Assembly: GCA_045106415.1 (NCBI GenBank)
Contig: JBGCEP010000004.1
Span: 38,546 to 102,545, forward strand
Source of the DNA: Oligoflexales bacterium
GTDB taxonomy: Bacteria > Bdellovibrionota_B > Oligoflexia > Oligoflexales > Bog-1112
Direction: 5' to 3'
Length of the DNA stretch: 64,000 nt
A model generated the notes under the pieces. The model searched no databases. It was not told the DNA's origin and was given only the letters and a program-made list of their open reading frames with translations. Made by a program: the position numbers and the translations under genes. Of the stretch, positions 26,721 through 37,499 are shown in pieces; the first letter of the stretch is position 1; each line of letters opens with the position of its first letter.

Positions 26721-28465
26721 GCGACCTCCGCCACCCGTAGTGGGTCTTCAGATCGTTTTCTTCTACGTGTTGCAAACCAGCCGCATATTAAGATAAAGAG
26801 AGGAACTACAGTTGTTGTTCCGTAAAACCAGATGCGTTCCCCTGTCCCTGAATGCTGGATGCGTACGTCTTCTTCTGAGTTGGAGAGGTGGGTTGGTGCG
26901 CCAGAGAGCCAGCTAAGAGTATCAGAGGCGTACATGGCGTTAGCTGGGTTGCGTAAGAATAAATCTCCTAAACTTGCTGTGTTACTCAGTACAGAAACTT
27001 TGGAATCACCTCTCCAAGCGACAGCGCTGAGGCCAAAAAAGTTTTTATTTGATGAATTTTGATCCTGTGATGTCTGAGTTCCAGGGAGGGTTTGTATGAG
27101 GATTTCCGCATCCCAACTTTGGTCTCCTTCATCATGGATTTCTAGCCATCCTGAACGGTGCGCAAAAAAGTTAGTTTGATCTTTGTGGGCGAAGAATCTC
27201 TGAACAGAAGGATGTTGTAGAACTCGTTGTGTAAAAATCATGGTTTTATTTTGGCGAGCTTGTGCTGAAGCTGTCAGGTGTTTTGTTGGGTGAGAGAGAA
27301 TTTCGTTGTGGGTTTTAATTCCAAACTTGTAAAGCAATTGTGCGAGAGGGTCGTTTTCTCCTGAGAGAGGATCGAGCCAAATCCATAGCTTTCCACCTTT
27401 TGTGACCCAAGTTTCTAATGCTGAAACTTCTCCTTGTAAAAAAGGAGATCTAGCACCTGCGATAATAATGAGATCAGCGTCTTCAGGAATGGACTGAGAA
27501 AGGCCTTCGTGAAGACTCAGAGGTTTAAGTTTGTAGTTTTGGGAAGTGATCCAAGATTTGAATGTTGTGATACCTGTGATGGGGTGTTTTCCTCCTCGTA
27601 GAGGAACTTCCCCATGCCCTTGTGTCATGTAAGCTGTTTTGGCTGGTGAGACAAGGGTGTGAATCTTAGCTTGTACCTTTTGATCTAAATTGCGCAGTGT
27701 CGCCATAGCTTGATGGTGCTGCAAGCCTATGTCGATATATTGAGGTTGTTGTTTGTGTTTTGTTATCACTAAAAAACCATTGCGGTTGATGTGAAGTTGA
27801 TGAGCTGCGTCTAAATCTTCGTCTTTATCTAGAAGTGAAAAATCAATAGGGAGGAGTTCAAAGTATGATTCTACTCTTTGTCCGATTTCGTGCTCTTTTG
27901 GAAAAAAAGCAGTAGCTTTTAAGCCTTCTTGAGAATCAAGAAGATTTCTTGTGTCGTCGGAAGGAAGCGCAGTTTTGGAATATGTGAGATCTGTTTGAAA
28001 ATCAATTTGATGAGCGCTCCAATTGATTGCTCCCATGATAACAGCTAAAAGGGCAACGCTATGCCAAGCCTTTAGAGAAGCATGAAACCTAAGAGGTTCA
28101 TCGTGTTTGTGAATGATGTGTGGTGTTTGAGAGAGAAGTCCCAGTGTCATGAACACATTTAAAAGTGATAAGCTGGACCATATGGTGAAAAGCAATATTT
28201 GCATTGTTTCTGTGAGTTCGGAGGCATCCCAAACCCAATATGCTGTGAAAGAAATGAAAGCGGTTGTACTCCATATGACGAAATGTTGCCAATAATGCTT
28301 TTGTTGTTTCTTTAAGATCCAAAACCCAATATGAGAACAAAGAGAAATAGCAAGGGCCATACACAAAGACGCTCGTATGGTTGGTGTTGTCTCAAAAAAA
28401 CGTTCTGAGATCAGAATTGCCGTGTTGATAGCAAGCCCTATGAGCAAAAAAATTATCCTCTCCAT
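26717..28465 (-). CDS. GldG-like ABC-transporter auxiliary protein
   Basis: N-terminal multi-TM region, a large extracytoplasmic domain (DLIIIAGARSPFLQGEVSALETWVTKGGKLWIWLDP) and a C-terminal TM plus RRRKR. It sits after the ABC ATPase and ABC-2 permease. Start preferred at MERIIFLL (28465). Confidence 0.6.
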   Translation of the reverse strand: MERIIFLLIGLAINTAILISERFFETTPTIRASLCMALAISLCSHIGFWILKKQQKHYWQHFVIWSTTAFISFTAYWVWDASELTETMQILLFTIWSSLSLLNVFMTLGLLSQTPHIIHKHDEPLRFHASLKAWHSVALLAVIMGAINWSAHQIDFQTDLTYSKTALPSDDTRNLLDSQEGLKATAFFPKEHEIGQRVESYFELLPIDFSLLDKDEDLDAAHQLHINRNGFLVITKHKQQPQYIDIGLQHHQAMATLRNLDQKVQAKIHTLVSPAKTAYMTQGHGEVPLRGGKHPITGITTFKSWITSQNYKLKPLSLHEGLSQSIPEDADLIIIAGARSPFLQGEVSALETWVTKGGKLWIWLDPLSGENDPLAQLLYKFGIKTHNEILSHPTKHLTASAQARQNKTMIFTQRVLQHPSVQRFFAHKDQTNFFAHRSGWLEIHDEGDQSWDAEILIQTLPGTQTSQDQNSSNKNFFGLSAVAWRGDSKVSVLSNTASLGDLFLRNPANAMYASDTLSWLSGAPTHLSNSEEDVRIQHSGTGERIWFYGTTTVVPLFILICGWFATRRRKRSEDPLRVAEVA

Positions 28466-29196
28466 CGACGAACCTCCATAAACTGAACAGAACACTCAAG
28501 AAAAAAGAGTGTGACACTGAGATAGTAAATTACATCAGTAAGTTTAAAAATCCCTTGCGCCATAGAGCGGTAGTGCTCATTGTGAATGGCTATCCAACTA
28601 AAAAATTGATCAAGAGGTGGTGTTGATAAAGCAGCAAGCGTCCAAGCGACAAGAAAGCTGATAAGGATAAATCCACTTAACGCAGCGGCTAGAAGTTGAT
28701 TCGGCGCAATACTAGATGCAAAAAGGGTGATAGATAAGCAGGCGCTCCCTAACAGAATAAGCATAAGGTAACCCAAGGCGGTCTGAGCTAAAGATATTTT
28801 GCCGTGATACATCACAAGGGCTGGCATATGCAATGAACATACAAGCATCAGAGTCAAAAACATCAACGATGCGAGAAATTTACCGTAAATTAAACTGCGA
28901 CCCTTTATAGGAGCTGTTAAGTATAAAAGAAGAGTTTTTTGTTGTCTTTCTTCTGCGATGAGGCGAATAGCAAGAAACACGCCGGCAAGCATGACAAATC
29001 CACTTGAGAAGTAAAAATAAGATTCAAGGACCTCTGCTGAAAGTTTTGCATTTGCGCCAAGAGCCCAAGCATTAAAAAAGATGCCATTCATAAATAAAGC
29101 CATTGCAGCAATGAGATAACCTGTCCAAGTCTTGAGTATGATAGAAAACTCTTTATGAGCAATCGTCCAAACATTAGTCATGATGATTTCCCCCAA
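28453..29196 (-). CDS. ABC-2 type transporter permease (GldF-like)
   Basis: Six predicted TM segments. The start overlaps the ATPase stop, and the gene overlaps the GldG-like gene. Confidence 0.7.
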   Translation of the reverse strand: MGEIIMTNVWTIAHKEFSIILKTWTGYLIAAMALFMNGIFFNAWALGANAKLSAEVLESYFYFSSGFVMLAGVFLAIRLIAEERQQKTLLLYLTAPIKGRSLIYGKFLASLMFLTLMLVCSLHMPALVMYHGKISLAQTALGYLMLILLGSACLSITLFASSIAPNQLLAAALSGFILISFLVAWTLAALSTPPLDQFFSWIAIHNEHYRSMAQGIFKLTDVIYYLSVTLFFLECSVQFMEVRRWRG

Positions 29197-30097
29197 TAAG
29201 GCGCAGTAGCACTTTTTCTAATTCATTGTGAGTTTTTTCTAAACTGAGGAGTTGGCCTTGGTTTTGGATAATTGTAGCAGCAATGTGTGGTCGGCAATCG
29301 GTCTGGCATTCAAAAAAACCTGTAGTGATGTGGTCTGTTTTTTTCAGTTGATGGTGGTTAAGTCCAGGTATGGGCTGTAAAACTTGTGACCAGTTTGTTC
29401 CCCCCTCCCATTGAGCTTTGATTTGGATGGTGGATGTACGCTCGAGTTCTTTTGGTTGACCTGTGGTAAGAACTTGACCTTCTTGTACGATGAGAAGACG
29501 GTCAGATATTTTAGTCATTTCTGATAAATTGTGGCTTGAGAATAAAATTGTATGCTTTTTCTTAAGCTCCAATATAAGATCGCGAAGTTCGACAATCTGT
29601 AAAGGATCTAAACCGTTTGTTGGCTCGTCTAAAATAAGAATTTTAGGCTTGTGAACAATAGCTTGTGCGATGGATGTTCGCTGTTGATACCCGTGTGATA
29701 AGGATCCTAGGTGAGTATCTAAATGCCGAGAAAGTTGCGTGGTTTTACTGGCGTCATGAACGTGTTGTTGGAGTTGAGGTCGAGGTACGCCCCGTAGGCG
29801 CGCTAAGAAAGTTAGGTAATCACGAACGGTCATTTCAGGGTAAAGAGGTGGCTTGTCAGGTAAGAAACCAATGCGACTGCGAATCTCATGTGGCGATGTT
29901 AAAATCGAATAACCATCAATTGTGATGTCCCCACTTGACGGAAGGATCTCTGTTGCTAGAATCCTGAGGAGTGTTGTTTTTCCTGCTCCGTTTAGGCCGA
30001 TGATACCAAGAACTTCGTGATCATGAGCTTGGAAAGATATGTTACTTAACGCGCTTTGGTTTCCAAAGGTTTTACCGATACCTTCGACTTGAATCAT
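29174..30097 (-). CDS. ABC transporter ATP-binding protein (GldA-like)
   Basis: Walker A GLNGAGKTT, signature LSHGYQQR, Walker B ILILDEPTNGLD. Start preferred at MIQVEGIGKTF (30097). Confidence 0.9.
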   Translation of the reverse strand: MIQVEGIGKTFGNQSALSNISFQAHDHEVLGIIGLNGAGKTTLLRILATEILPSSGDITIDGYSILTSPHEIRSRIGFLPDKPPLYPEMTVRDYLTFLARLRGVPRPQLQQHVHDASKTTQLSRHLDTHLGSLSHGYQQRTSIAQAIVHKPKILILDEPTNGLDPLQIVELRDLILELKKKHTILFSSHNLSEMTKISDRLLIVQEGQVLTTGQPKELERTSTIQIKAQWEGGTNWSQVLQPIPGLNHHQLKKTDHITTGFFECQTDCRPHIAATIIQNQGQLLSLEKTHNELEKVLLRLIGGNHHD

Positions 30098-30183
30098 AAA
30101 AAACTCCTTGTCACAGATTATCAATCTAGCGTTTGCAAAACGCAGTAGCAAGTGTTCGGCTTATACAAGGTGGGAGAAATGAA

Positions 30184-30996
30184 ATGTTTATGAAGTTTTT
30201 TTTGTCATTAATTTTTACTTTTTCTTTTGCGTATCACTGTAGCGCGGGGGTGCGGGTAGGGTCACTGTCGCTTGCTAGTGATGAAATTGTTTATGAACTT
30301 TTAAAGCGCGCAAAACGTGTGCAGGATATTGTTGCTGTTTCTAGTCTGGCTTTGGATCATCGTTATAGCCATATAGCTGAAGACGCTTTGGCGATGAAAA
30401 GGGTGATTGGATCAAGCCCAGAAGAGCTGTGGATGATCGATGCTGATCTATGGATAGGGGCTTCTTACAATAGATCGGTTTTGTTTGATGTTGTACGCAA
30501 AAAAAAACAACGTCTTGTTGTATTAAAAGATTTTTCTCGTTTAGAAGATATTCGAAAGCATATTTACATGATTGGTGAGCATCTAGGTGTACCCAAGCAT
30601 GCAAAAAAACTTGTGCGAGAGTTTGATCAGAAACTTTCTTTAGAGGTTCCTTTGAAAAATTCGCTTAAGGTTATTTTATGGTCTGCAAATGGTGTTGTTG
30701 CTGGAAAACAGACTCTTTGGGATGACTTGGTGTCCCGTCTCGGTGGAAATAATGTTGTGCAACATCAAGGGTGGAAAAAAATCAGTGTGGAAACACTTGC
30801 TGTATTACGGCCAGATGTCGTTATAACAACAGAGTCACCGCATTTGGTTGCGACAACTCCAGGGTGGAATCTAATCCCTGCTGTACAGAATAAAAAAGTG
30901 GTGCAAGTTCAAGGGCGTTCATTAAGCTCAGTGTCTCATCATATTGTAAAAGCTTTTGATGAGTTAAGGCTCGTTTTTGAAAGGTTTTCAAATTGA
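30184..30996 (+). CDS. periplasmic binding protein of an iron-complex/cobalamin type ABC importer (Peripla_BP_2-like)
   Basis: Signal peptide MFMKFFLSLIFTFSFAYHCSA. Call rests on operon context with a FecCD permease and ATPase, plus a general BtuF/FhuD-like layout. Confidence 0.6.
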   Translation: MFMKFFLSLIFTFSFAYHCSAGVRVGSLSLASDEIVYELLKRAKRVQDIVAVSSLALDHRYSHIAEDALAMKRVIGSSPEELWMIDADLWIGASYNRSVLFDVVRKKKQRLVVLKDFSRLEDIRKHIYMIGEHLGVPKHAKKLVREFDQKLSLEVPLKNSLKVILWSANGVVAGKQTLWDDLVSRLGGNNVVQHQGWKKISVETLAVLRPDVVITTESPHLVATTPGWNLIPAVQNKKVVQVQGRSLSSVSHHIVKAFDELRLVFERFSN

Positions 30997-31943
30997 AAAA
31001 AAATTGGATTGGTTTGTGTCTCCTCTTGGGGATGTTGTCTCTTGGATTCGGAAAAAGTGGGTGTCTTTTTTTTTGGGGGCATGATCATTGCCAGAGCGTG
31101 TTTTGGCAACTTCGAGTACCGAGAACTCTAGGTGCTTTGTGGTCGGGTTCTGTTTTTGCGGCTGCAGGTGTTTTGAGTCAGGGGATGTTTAGAAATCCTT
31201 TAGCTTCGCCGGGAATTCTAGGCATGAGTAGTGGGGCAGCTGTGGGGGTGAGTTTAGCTTTTTTGAGTGGCTGGGTTTTCTACCTTCCTTTTGCAGGGCT
31301 TTTAGGTGCTGTGAGTGTTGGTGCTTTTATGCTTTTTATTTCTAAGAAAACGGCGTCTTCGGACAGATTGTTATTGGCAGGTGTGGCTATTTCAGGGTTA
31401 CTAGGTGCTGTGCAGTCCTTTATTCTTTCAAGGCTGTTGAGTGATCCTCATGAAGTTGCAACTTTAATGCAATGGATGTTAGGAGGGCTTGCTGTTGTTG
31501 GCTACGATCGTCTCTTAGTGGGGTGTCCGCTGGGATTGTTGGTGCTTCCTTGGATTCCAAAATTATGCCAAAAATTAAATTTATCACTTCTTGGTGAAGA
31601 AAGAGCTCTTTTTCTTGGAGTTGAGATGCAGCGTATGCGGATGGAGTGTATAGGTGTTGTGGCGCTTCTTGTCAGCTCAGGAGTTTATGTCTGCGGTATT
31701 CTGCCTTTTGTGGGACTTGTTGTTCCTTATATTGTTCGTTTGTGGGTTGGAGTGCGGCATCAAACTCTATTGGTCTACGCTGTTGTGACGGGTGCTGCTG
31801 TTGTTCTTATGGCTGATAATTTGGGGCGTTGGCTAGGAGGGGCTCAAGAAATTGAAGCCGGTATTGTGATGGGTCTTGTTGGTAGTCCTTGTTTTTTTTG
31901 GATGCTAAAGAAAACATCTTCTCGCGGAGGAGGCTGGTCATGA
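30993..31943 (+). CDS. FecCD-family ABC importer permease
   Basis: LRVPRTLGALWSGSVFAAAGVLSQGMFRNPLASPGILGMSSGAAVG is the classic FecCD/BtuC block. TTG start overlaps the upstream TGA. Confidence 0.85.
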   Translation: MKKNWIGLCLLLGMLSLGFGKSGCLFFWGHDHCQSVFWQLRVPRTLGALWSGSVFAAAGVLSQGMFRNPLASPGILGMSSGAAVGVSLAFLSGWVFYLPFAGLLGAVSVGAFMLFISKKTASSDRLLLAGVAISGLLGAVQSFILSRLLSDPHEVATLMQWMLGGLAVVGYDRLLVGCPLGLLVLPWIPKLCQKLNLSLLGEERALFLGVEMQRMRMECIGVVALLVSSGVYVCGILPFVGLVVPYIVRLWVGVRHQTLLVYAVVTGAAVVLMADNLGRWLGGAQEIEAGIVMGLVGSPCFFWMLKKTSSRGGGWS

Positions 31944-32683
31944 TGTCAATAAAAAATCTGATAGTTGAGCCAATTTTTTCTGCTGCTATGAGCTTTGATT
32001 TTGCAGCAAACGAGCGTGTTGCTGTTATCGGGCCTAGCGGCGCAGGGAAAACAACTCTTCTTAAAGGAGTGTCTACTCTTATGGGGCAATGCCAAAGCTT
32101 GACCGTTGATACTTGTGATGTGTTAGATCTCCATCCTGTAGAACGCTCTAAAGTCTTATCTTGGACCCCAGAGCGTCTCGAATGGTCTTTTGATATGTCG
32201 GCAATTGAGGTTGTTGAACTTAGCTTTGCTCCTTGGGGCTGCCTATCCTCAGAAACACAGATTTTTGCAGTTCAAGCCTTATGCTCTTTAGGTTTAAGGC
32301 CTGAACAAAGAGTGATGCAAATGAGTTCAGGGGAGCTGCGTAGACTGACCGTGGCTCATACCCTGTGTTCCCAGGCTCGTGTACTTGTGATCGATGAGCC
32401 AACAGCAAATTTAGACCCGTATCATGCATATAAAAGTCTAGAGCTTCTTAGCAAGAAAGATGCGGTTGTCTTATTCGCTACGCACGATTTAAGTCTTGCT
32501 CTAGAATTTGCAAGTTTTTTAATTGTGTTGTCTTCAGGGAGGGTTGTTTGTGCAGGAGAACCTGAGAAGGTGTGGTCCCAAAGTGTGCTGAGAGACGTTT
32601 TTCAAGTTGAAAGCGTCCGACACACACACTTTGGGGAATACTTTCCGTTTCTTAAACCCAGAATTATCCTGGAAGAACGGTAA
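31940..32683 (+). CDS. ABC importer ATP-binding protein
   Basis: Walker [10 protein letters not shown], signature MSSGELRR, Walker [17 protein letters not shown] overlap with the permease stop. Confidence 0.85.
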   Translation: MMSIKNLIVEPIFSAAMSFDFAANERVAVIGPSGAGKTTLLKGVSTLMGQCQSLTVDTCDVLDLHPVERSKVLSWTPERLEWSFDMSAIEVVELSFAPWGCLSSETQIFAVQALCSLGLRPEQRVMQMSSGELRRLTVAHTLCSQARVLVIDEPTANLDPYHAYKSLELLSKKDAVVLFATHDLSLALEFASFLIVLSSGRVVCAGEPEKVWSQSVLRDVFQVESVRHTHFGEYFPFLKPRIILEER

Positions 32684-32861
32684 CATTCTCTGCGCATGGT
32701 CCTTTACGGCCTTCGCCAACTTCAAACTCGACAGAGTCGCCTTCTTGAAGTGAACCACCAGCAATTGCTGAATGGTGAACAAAAAGATCTGCATCATCGT
32801 CACGCTCGATAAAACCGTAACCTTTTTGTGTGTTGAACCACTTTACTTTACCCACTGGCAT
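32664..32861 (-). CDS. cspA: cold-shock protein (CspA family)
   Basis: [33 protein letters not shown] contains the RNP1 (KGYGFI) and RNP2-like (LFVHH) motifs. Start preferred at 32861. The 3' end overlaps the convergent ABC ATPase gene by 20 nt. Confidence 0.9.
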   Translation of the reverse strand: MPVGKVKWFNTQKGYGFIERDDDADLFVHHSAIAGGSLQEGDSVEFEVGEGRKGPCAENVTVLPG

Positions 32862-33160
32862 ACTGGACCTCATTAACTGGGTGTTCATATTCTTTCTTGT
32901 ATGTTCATACTGACCTTAGTCATCAGCTTGATGGTCGCTGCCATGTTATTCACAGGTCAGGAAGTCATCAACGGATCTGAAAACGTTGAATCGAACTGCT
33001 ACAAGAACCTGGACAGGGTATTCGTATTCTTTGTGAAAATCAAGGCTTTCATCAGTTAACCACAGAAGAAGATTATTATTTTATCTAAAAAGCTGAAAAT
33101 AGTGGTTTTTTGAGTCGCTTCCGTGGTTCTTAAGTCTCTTGAAGTTAAGCCTTTTGTTTT

Positions 33161-33709
33161 TTATGAGGGCCATAAATGATAATTGAGTGTCGGTGGTTGA
33201 GATATGGACCATTGTCCTTGTGTATGGTGTAACTTCGTGAGACTTCCGTTTTGGACTTTAAAGTTTTCAAGCCCAAGGTTTTCAAGGAAAAGGTGAATAG
33301 GTCCGGAGTGAGTAAAAACAATGCTTTTTTGATGATGTTGGATTTGCGATTCTAAACACTCTGAAAATCTTTGTAAAACTTTGTATTGAGGCTCTACATT
33401 GTCGAGTTGTTGGTGTGACTTTTTATGGCCCTGATGATGACCCAAGTGTCTTTCTCGGAGGCTCTCGGATGTGATAACAGTGTTTAGGGAGGCACATATC
33501 ATTTTGGTTGGGATGGCTGTTTGGATAGCTCGAGTTAAATCGCTCATGAGAAGAAGTGTTGGGCTTTGTTGTGATAGCCAAAAACTTAAAGCTGACGCTT
33601 GACGCACACCTTTAGGCGTAAGGAAGCCTTGTTGCTGACCTTCGATCATGCGAGTTTGGTTCCCAAAGGATTGACCGTGACGTGCAATGTATATCGTTTT
33701 CAGATGCAA
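33161..33709 (-). CDS. histidine phosphatase family protein (phosphoglycerate mutase-like)
   Basis: RHG motif IYIARHGQSFGN, SDLTRAIQTA, LRERHLGHHQG, and a distal His in VFTHSGPI. Confidence 0.8.
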   Translation of the reverse strand: MHLKTIYIARHGQSFGNQTRMIEGQQQGFLTPKGVRQASALSFWLSQQSPTLLLMSDLTRAIQTAIPTKMICASLNTVITSESLRERHLGHHQGHKKSHQQLDNVEPQYKVLQRFSECLESQIQHHQKSIVFTHSGPIHLFLENLGLENFKVQNGSLTKLHHTQGQWSISQPPTLNYHLWPS

Positions 33710-34482
33710 AACTCCCGAGCGTTGAAGACTGGTGGCGCTTCATGTTTATGTTTGTGTGCGAGGTGACGGTTTTTTACAAACTGATCAATGTCTGAGTCAT
33801 TGAGTGATTGAGTCAGGTAGCGGCGAACGGATGGCTCCATTTCATTGTAGGAAAAGCCAAGCTCTTCTTCATCTGTTTGCCCCTCCCAAAGGGCTGCGCT
33901 GGGAGTGCGGTCAATCATGTCTTCGCATAAAATACTTTGAGCCACACACCAGTCAAGTAATTGATAGACTTCTGATTTAAAAAGTTGACCAATAGGAAAG
34001 AAGTCAGCTAGTGCATCACCTCCCTTTGTGTCGTAGCCAATAAAGTCTTCACTTAAATTACCTGTTCCGATGACTCGAGCTTTTTTTCCTTGTTCGCTGT
34101 GATGGTGACATACACCGTAAAGAAGAGACATTCTGACTCGAGAACGAATATTGCCTTGGTTGACTTGAGAAAGTTCGCCCAGAGGTTTTAGGCTTTCTTC
34201 TAGACTATGGACAGAGTCCGCTATGGGTAAGATATATTTTTTAATTCTGAGTCTATTGGCTATTTTTATAGATCGAGCGTTATAAAAATCTATATCTAAA
34301 TCAGTGCATGGCATATGTACTGAGAGCACGTTTTCAGGGCCGAGAGCTTGAGAGCACAGAGCAGCGACGAGGGTCGAATCTGCTCCGCCACTCATACCGA
34401 TAATAGCAATGTCGGTCCGTTGGCGTATGTCTTGGGCTACAGCGTGAAGAAATTTTTCGATGTTTTTGATCATGGGTGTCAC
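33700..34482 (-). CDS. nadE: NH3-dependent NAD+ synthetase
   Basis: PP-loop IAIIGMSGGADSTLVAAL. Length 260 aa. C-terminal block matches NadE. Confidence 0.8.
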   Translation of the reverse strand: MTPMIKNIEKFLHAVAQDIRQRTDIAIIGMSGGADSTLVAALCSQALGPENVLSVHMPCTDLDIDFYNARSIKIANRLRIKKYILPIADSVHSLEESLKPLGELSQVNQGNIRSRVRMSLLYGVCHHHSEQGKKARVIGTGNLSEDFIGYDTKGGDALADFFPIGQLFKSEVYQLLDWCVAQSILCEDMIDRTPSAALWEGQTDEEELGFSYNEMEPSVRRYLTQSLNDSDIDQFVKNRHLAHKHKHEAPPVFNAREFCI

Positions 34483-34766
34483 CTTATGTCATCTTGAGCT
34501 ATTGGGCTTGTCATATCAAGGCTCACTCATTTCTGAAAGGTGAAATTAAAGACTCTTTGCTGAAGCCGGAAAGGGGAAGCTTTCGGAGCTATACTTGCAA
34601 AACTTGAAATGAAAGGTTACTAGATTCAGCGAATGGATATGACCAGAATTGGCATGACTAGTGTAAGATTGCCTAGTGTCAATATTTAAGCTGTTCATAG
34701 TATTCTTGTGTAAAATGGTCATTGAATGGCTTGATAATCAATGCAACGAAGTAGGGAATGAGATCT

Positions 34767-37364
34767 ATGAGTAAGTCTTTGGTCATTGTGGAGTCGCCGG
34801 CAAAGGTGAAAACGATCAATAAGTTCTTGGGCTCGAAGTTCATTGTGAAGTCTAGCGTAGGCCACATCCGGGATCTTGCGAGTGCTACGGGGACAGAAAC
34901 AGGGACGACAACGAAGAAAAAGGCGTCGTCTAAAAAAATGACACCTGAGCAAAAAGAAGCAGTTGCATATCAAAGGCTGGTTGCTCGTATGGGTGTAGAC
35001 CCTCATGATCAGTGGGCAGCAAATTATGCCATGGTGACAGGGAAAGAAAAGGTTCTTAAAACCCTTAAAGACGCAGCCGAGAAGGTTGATACCATTTATC
35101 TAGCCACTGACCTTGATCGTGAAGGAGAAGCCATTGCGTGGCACCTCATGGAGTCTATTGGTGGAGATCCTTCTCGCTACAAACGGGTGACATTTACTGA
35201 AATTACGGAAAAAGCTATTAAGGAGGCCTTTGAGACTCCTGGAGAGCTGAATTATTCTCGGGTGAATGCACAGCAAGCCCGAAGATTTTTAGATCGAGTT
35301 GTCGGGTACATGCTCTCACCACTTTTGTGGGCGAAGATTGCTCGTGGTCTTTCTGCTGGTAGGGTTCAATCTGTAGCTGTGCGACTCATTGCGGAGAGAG
35401 AGAAACAAATTCATGCTTTTCTTCCTGATGAATATTGGGAAGTTCATGCCGACTATAAGCACGATAACTCTTTAAGGCTTCAAGTTTCGAAGCAAGCAGG
35501 TAAGGCATTTAAGCCTGTGAATACAGCTCAAGCACAAGAAGCTGTACAAAAAATTAAGCAATCACAAAGCCAGGTTTTAAAAGTTGAGAAAAGCCCAGCG
35601 CGTTCGAAGCCTTCTGCTCCATTTATTACATCAACTTTACAGCAAGCTGCTAGTACAAGGCTTGGATATGGTGTGAAAAAGACGATGGTGCTGGCACAGC
35701 AGCTTTATGAAGCGGGCTTTATTAGCTATATGCGTACTGACTCAACAAACTTAAGCGCAGACGCGGTGACAGCGTGCCGTGAGTTTATTCAAACAAAGTT
35801 TGGTGGGAAATATTTGCCGGATGCACCTTTGAGCTATAGTAGTAAAAAAAGTGCTCAAGAGGCTCACGAAGCGATTCGACCAACAGATCTTTTAAAACAG
35901 CCACATGATATGACGTCTTTAGATAAAGATGCTCGGCAACTTTATGAAATCATATGGCGTCAGTTTGTGGCATGTCAGATGACACAGGCGGAATATGATG
36001 CCACCGTTGTGACGGTTAAGTGTGATGATTTAGAGCTGCGTGTGAGAGGGAAGGTTTTGCGATTTGATGGTTTCTTAAAAGTGATGCCTCAAACGAAGAA
36101 ATCAGATGAAGATCTCGTTTTACCAGATGTTCAAGAAGGGGAAGTGCTACAGCTTCTCAGCGTCGAACCAAAGCAACATTTTACGAAGCCTCCTCCCCGT
36201 TTTACTGAGGCAAGTCTTGTACGAGAGTTGGAGAAAAAAGGCATTGGCCGACCTTCGACGTATGCATCTATTATTTCCACGATCCAAGAACGTGGGTATG
36301 TGAGGGTTGATCGCCGACGTTTCTTTTGTTTGAAGATGGGCGAAATTGTGACTGATCGCCTTTTTGAAAACTTTGAAGATCTGATGGATTATGGCTTTAC
36401 AGCATCTATGGAAGCTCATTTAGATGGAATTGCCCAAGGTCAAGAAGACTGGAGAAGGGTCTTAGATGATTTTTATGGGAATTTTAGTGAAAAACTTACA
36501 GCAGCGAATGAATCCATGCGAGGGAATGAACCAACTCCTACGGATATTGGTTGTCCTGAATGTTCGAGGCACATGTGTATTCGAACAGCAAGAACAGGGG
36601 TCTTTTTAAGTTGCTCAGGTTATGCACTTCCCCCCAAAGAACGATGTAAAGGGACTATTAACCTTGTTTCCGGAGATGAGTTTCAAGCTTACTCAGATGA
36701 TGATGATGAAGGTAGTGTTGGAGAGATTCAAGGTCGAAAGCGCTGCGTGAAGTGTGAAACTGTAATGGATTCTTATGTCGTCGACGAAGCTCGTAAACTT
36801 CATATTTGTGGTAATAATCCAGACTGTGATGGTGTGGAGATTGAGGCTGGGAAGTTCAGAGTAAAAGGCTATGAAGGTCCTATTATTACTTGCGACAAAT
36901 GCTCATCCGATATGCAGTTGAAGACTGGGCGATTTGGTAAATACTTTGGTTGTACTGGATCCGATTGTAAAAACACGCGTAAGCTTCTCAAAAATGGTGA
37001 AGCAGCTCCTCCCCGTATGGACCCTATCCATATGAAGGAATTGTCATGTGAGAAATCAGACGGATACTTTGTGTTGCGTGATGGTGCTGCAGGGTTGTTC
37101 TTAGCGTCAAGTAAGTTTCCAAAGTCTCGAGAAACTAAGAAACCACGAGTTCTTGACTTAGTGAGACACAAAGATGATTTGGATCCTAAGTATCATTACA
37201 TTCTTTCTGCGCCGATCCAAGATCCAGAAGGCCATGAAAGTTTAATTCGTTTTAGTCGTAAAACAAAAGAGCACTTTATTTCTAGTGATGACTCAAAAGG
37301 TAAAGCCACAAGTTGGAGCTTATATTGGATTGATGAAAAATGGAGTGAAACAAAGCCTGATTAA
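34767..37364 (+). CDS. topA: DNA topoisomerase I
   Basis: TOPRIM N-terminus [22 protein letters not shown]...VGHIRDL and [15 protein letters not shown]. Active-site region [10 protein letters not shown]. Three C-terminal Cys4 zinc ribbons (CPECSRH...C, CVKCETV...C, CDKCSSD...C). Confidence 0.95.
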   Translation: MSKSLVIVESPAKVKTINKFLGSKFIVKSSVGHIRDLASATGTETGTTTKKKASSKKMTPEQKEAVAYQRLVARMGVDPHDQWAANYAMVTGKEKVLKTLKDAAEKVDTIYLATDLDREGEAIAWHLMESIGGDPSRYKRVTFTEITEKAIKEAFETPGELNYSRVNAQQARRFLDRVVGYMLSPLLWAKIARGLSAGRVQSVAVRLIAEREKQIHAFLPDEYWEVHADYKHDNSLRLQVSKQAGKAFKPVNTAQAQEAVQKIKQSQSQVLKVEKSPARSKPSAPFITSTLQQAASTRLGYGVKKTMVLAQQLYEAGFISYMRTDSTNLSADAVTACREFIQTKFGGKYLPDAPLSYSSKKSAQEAHEAIRPTDLLKQPHDMTSLDKDARQLYEIIWRQFVACQMTQAEYDATVVTVKCDDLELRVRGKVLRFDGFLKVMPQTKKSDEDLVLPDVQEGEVLQLLSVEPKQHFTKPPPRFTEASLVRELEKKGIGRPSTYASIISTIQERGYVRVDRRRFFCLKMGEIVTDRLFENFEDLMDYGFTASMEAHLDGIAQGQEDWRRVLDDFYGNFSEKLTAANESMRGNEPTPTDIGCPECSRHMCIRTARTGVFLSCSGYALPPKERCKGTINLVSGDEFQAYSDDDDEGSVGEIQGRKRCVKCETVMDSYVVDEARKLHICGNNPDCDGVEIEAGKFRVKGYEGPIITCDKCSSDMQLKTGRFGKYFGCTGSDCKNTRKLLKNGEAAPPRMDPIHMKELSCEKSDGYFVLRDGAAGLFLASSKFPKSRETKKPRVLDLVRHKDDLDPKYHYILSAPIQDPEGHESLIRFSRKTKEHFISSDDSKGKATSWSLYWIDEKWSETKPD

Positions 37365-37477
37365 GCTTTGCATTTTTTTGAAAAGATCATTAACTTTAAT
37401 TTTTTTCTACCGGTGATATGAGTCGCTCTCTGGGTTTTTGAGTATGGAGAGTGATTTTTATTATGCGGTTTTTCTTG

Positions 37478-37499
37478 GAGATTGGAATCTTCCAATCTC
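37478..37499. repeat. 10-bp perfect inverted repeat with 2-nt spacer in a long non-coding region
   Basis: GAGATTGGAA (37478-37487), tc, TTCCAATCTC (37490-37499). About 115 nt after the topA stop, with no adjacent U-tract. Confidence 0.5.

Noticed and set aside
30098-30183. Cobalamin riboswitch upstream of the BtuF/FhuD-like ABC importer
   Set aside because: Only 86 bp separate the divergent start codons, which is far too short for a B12 element. No B12-box-like sequence was seen.
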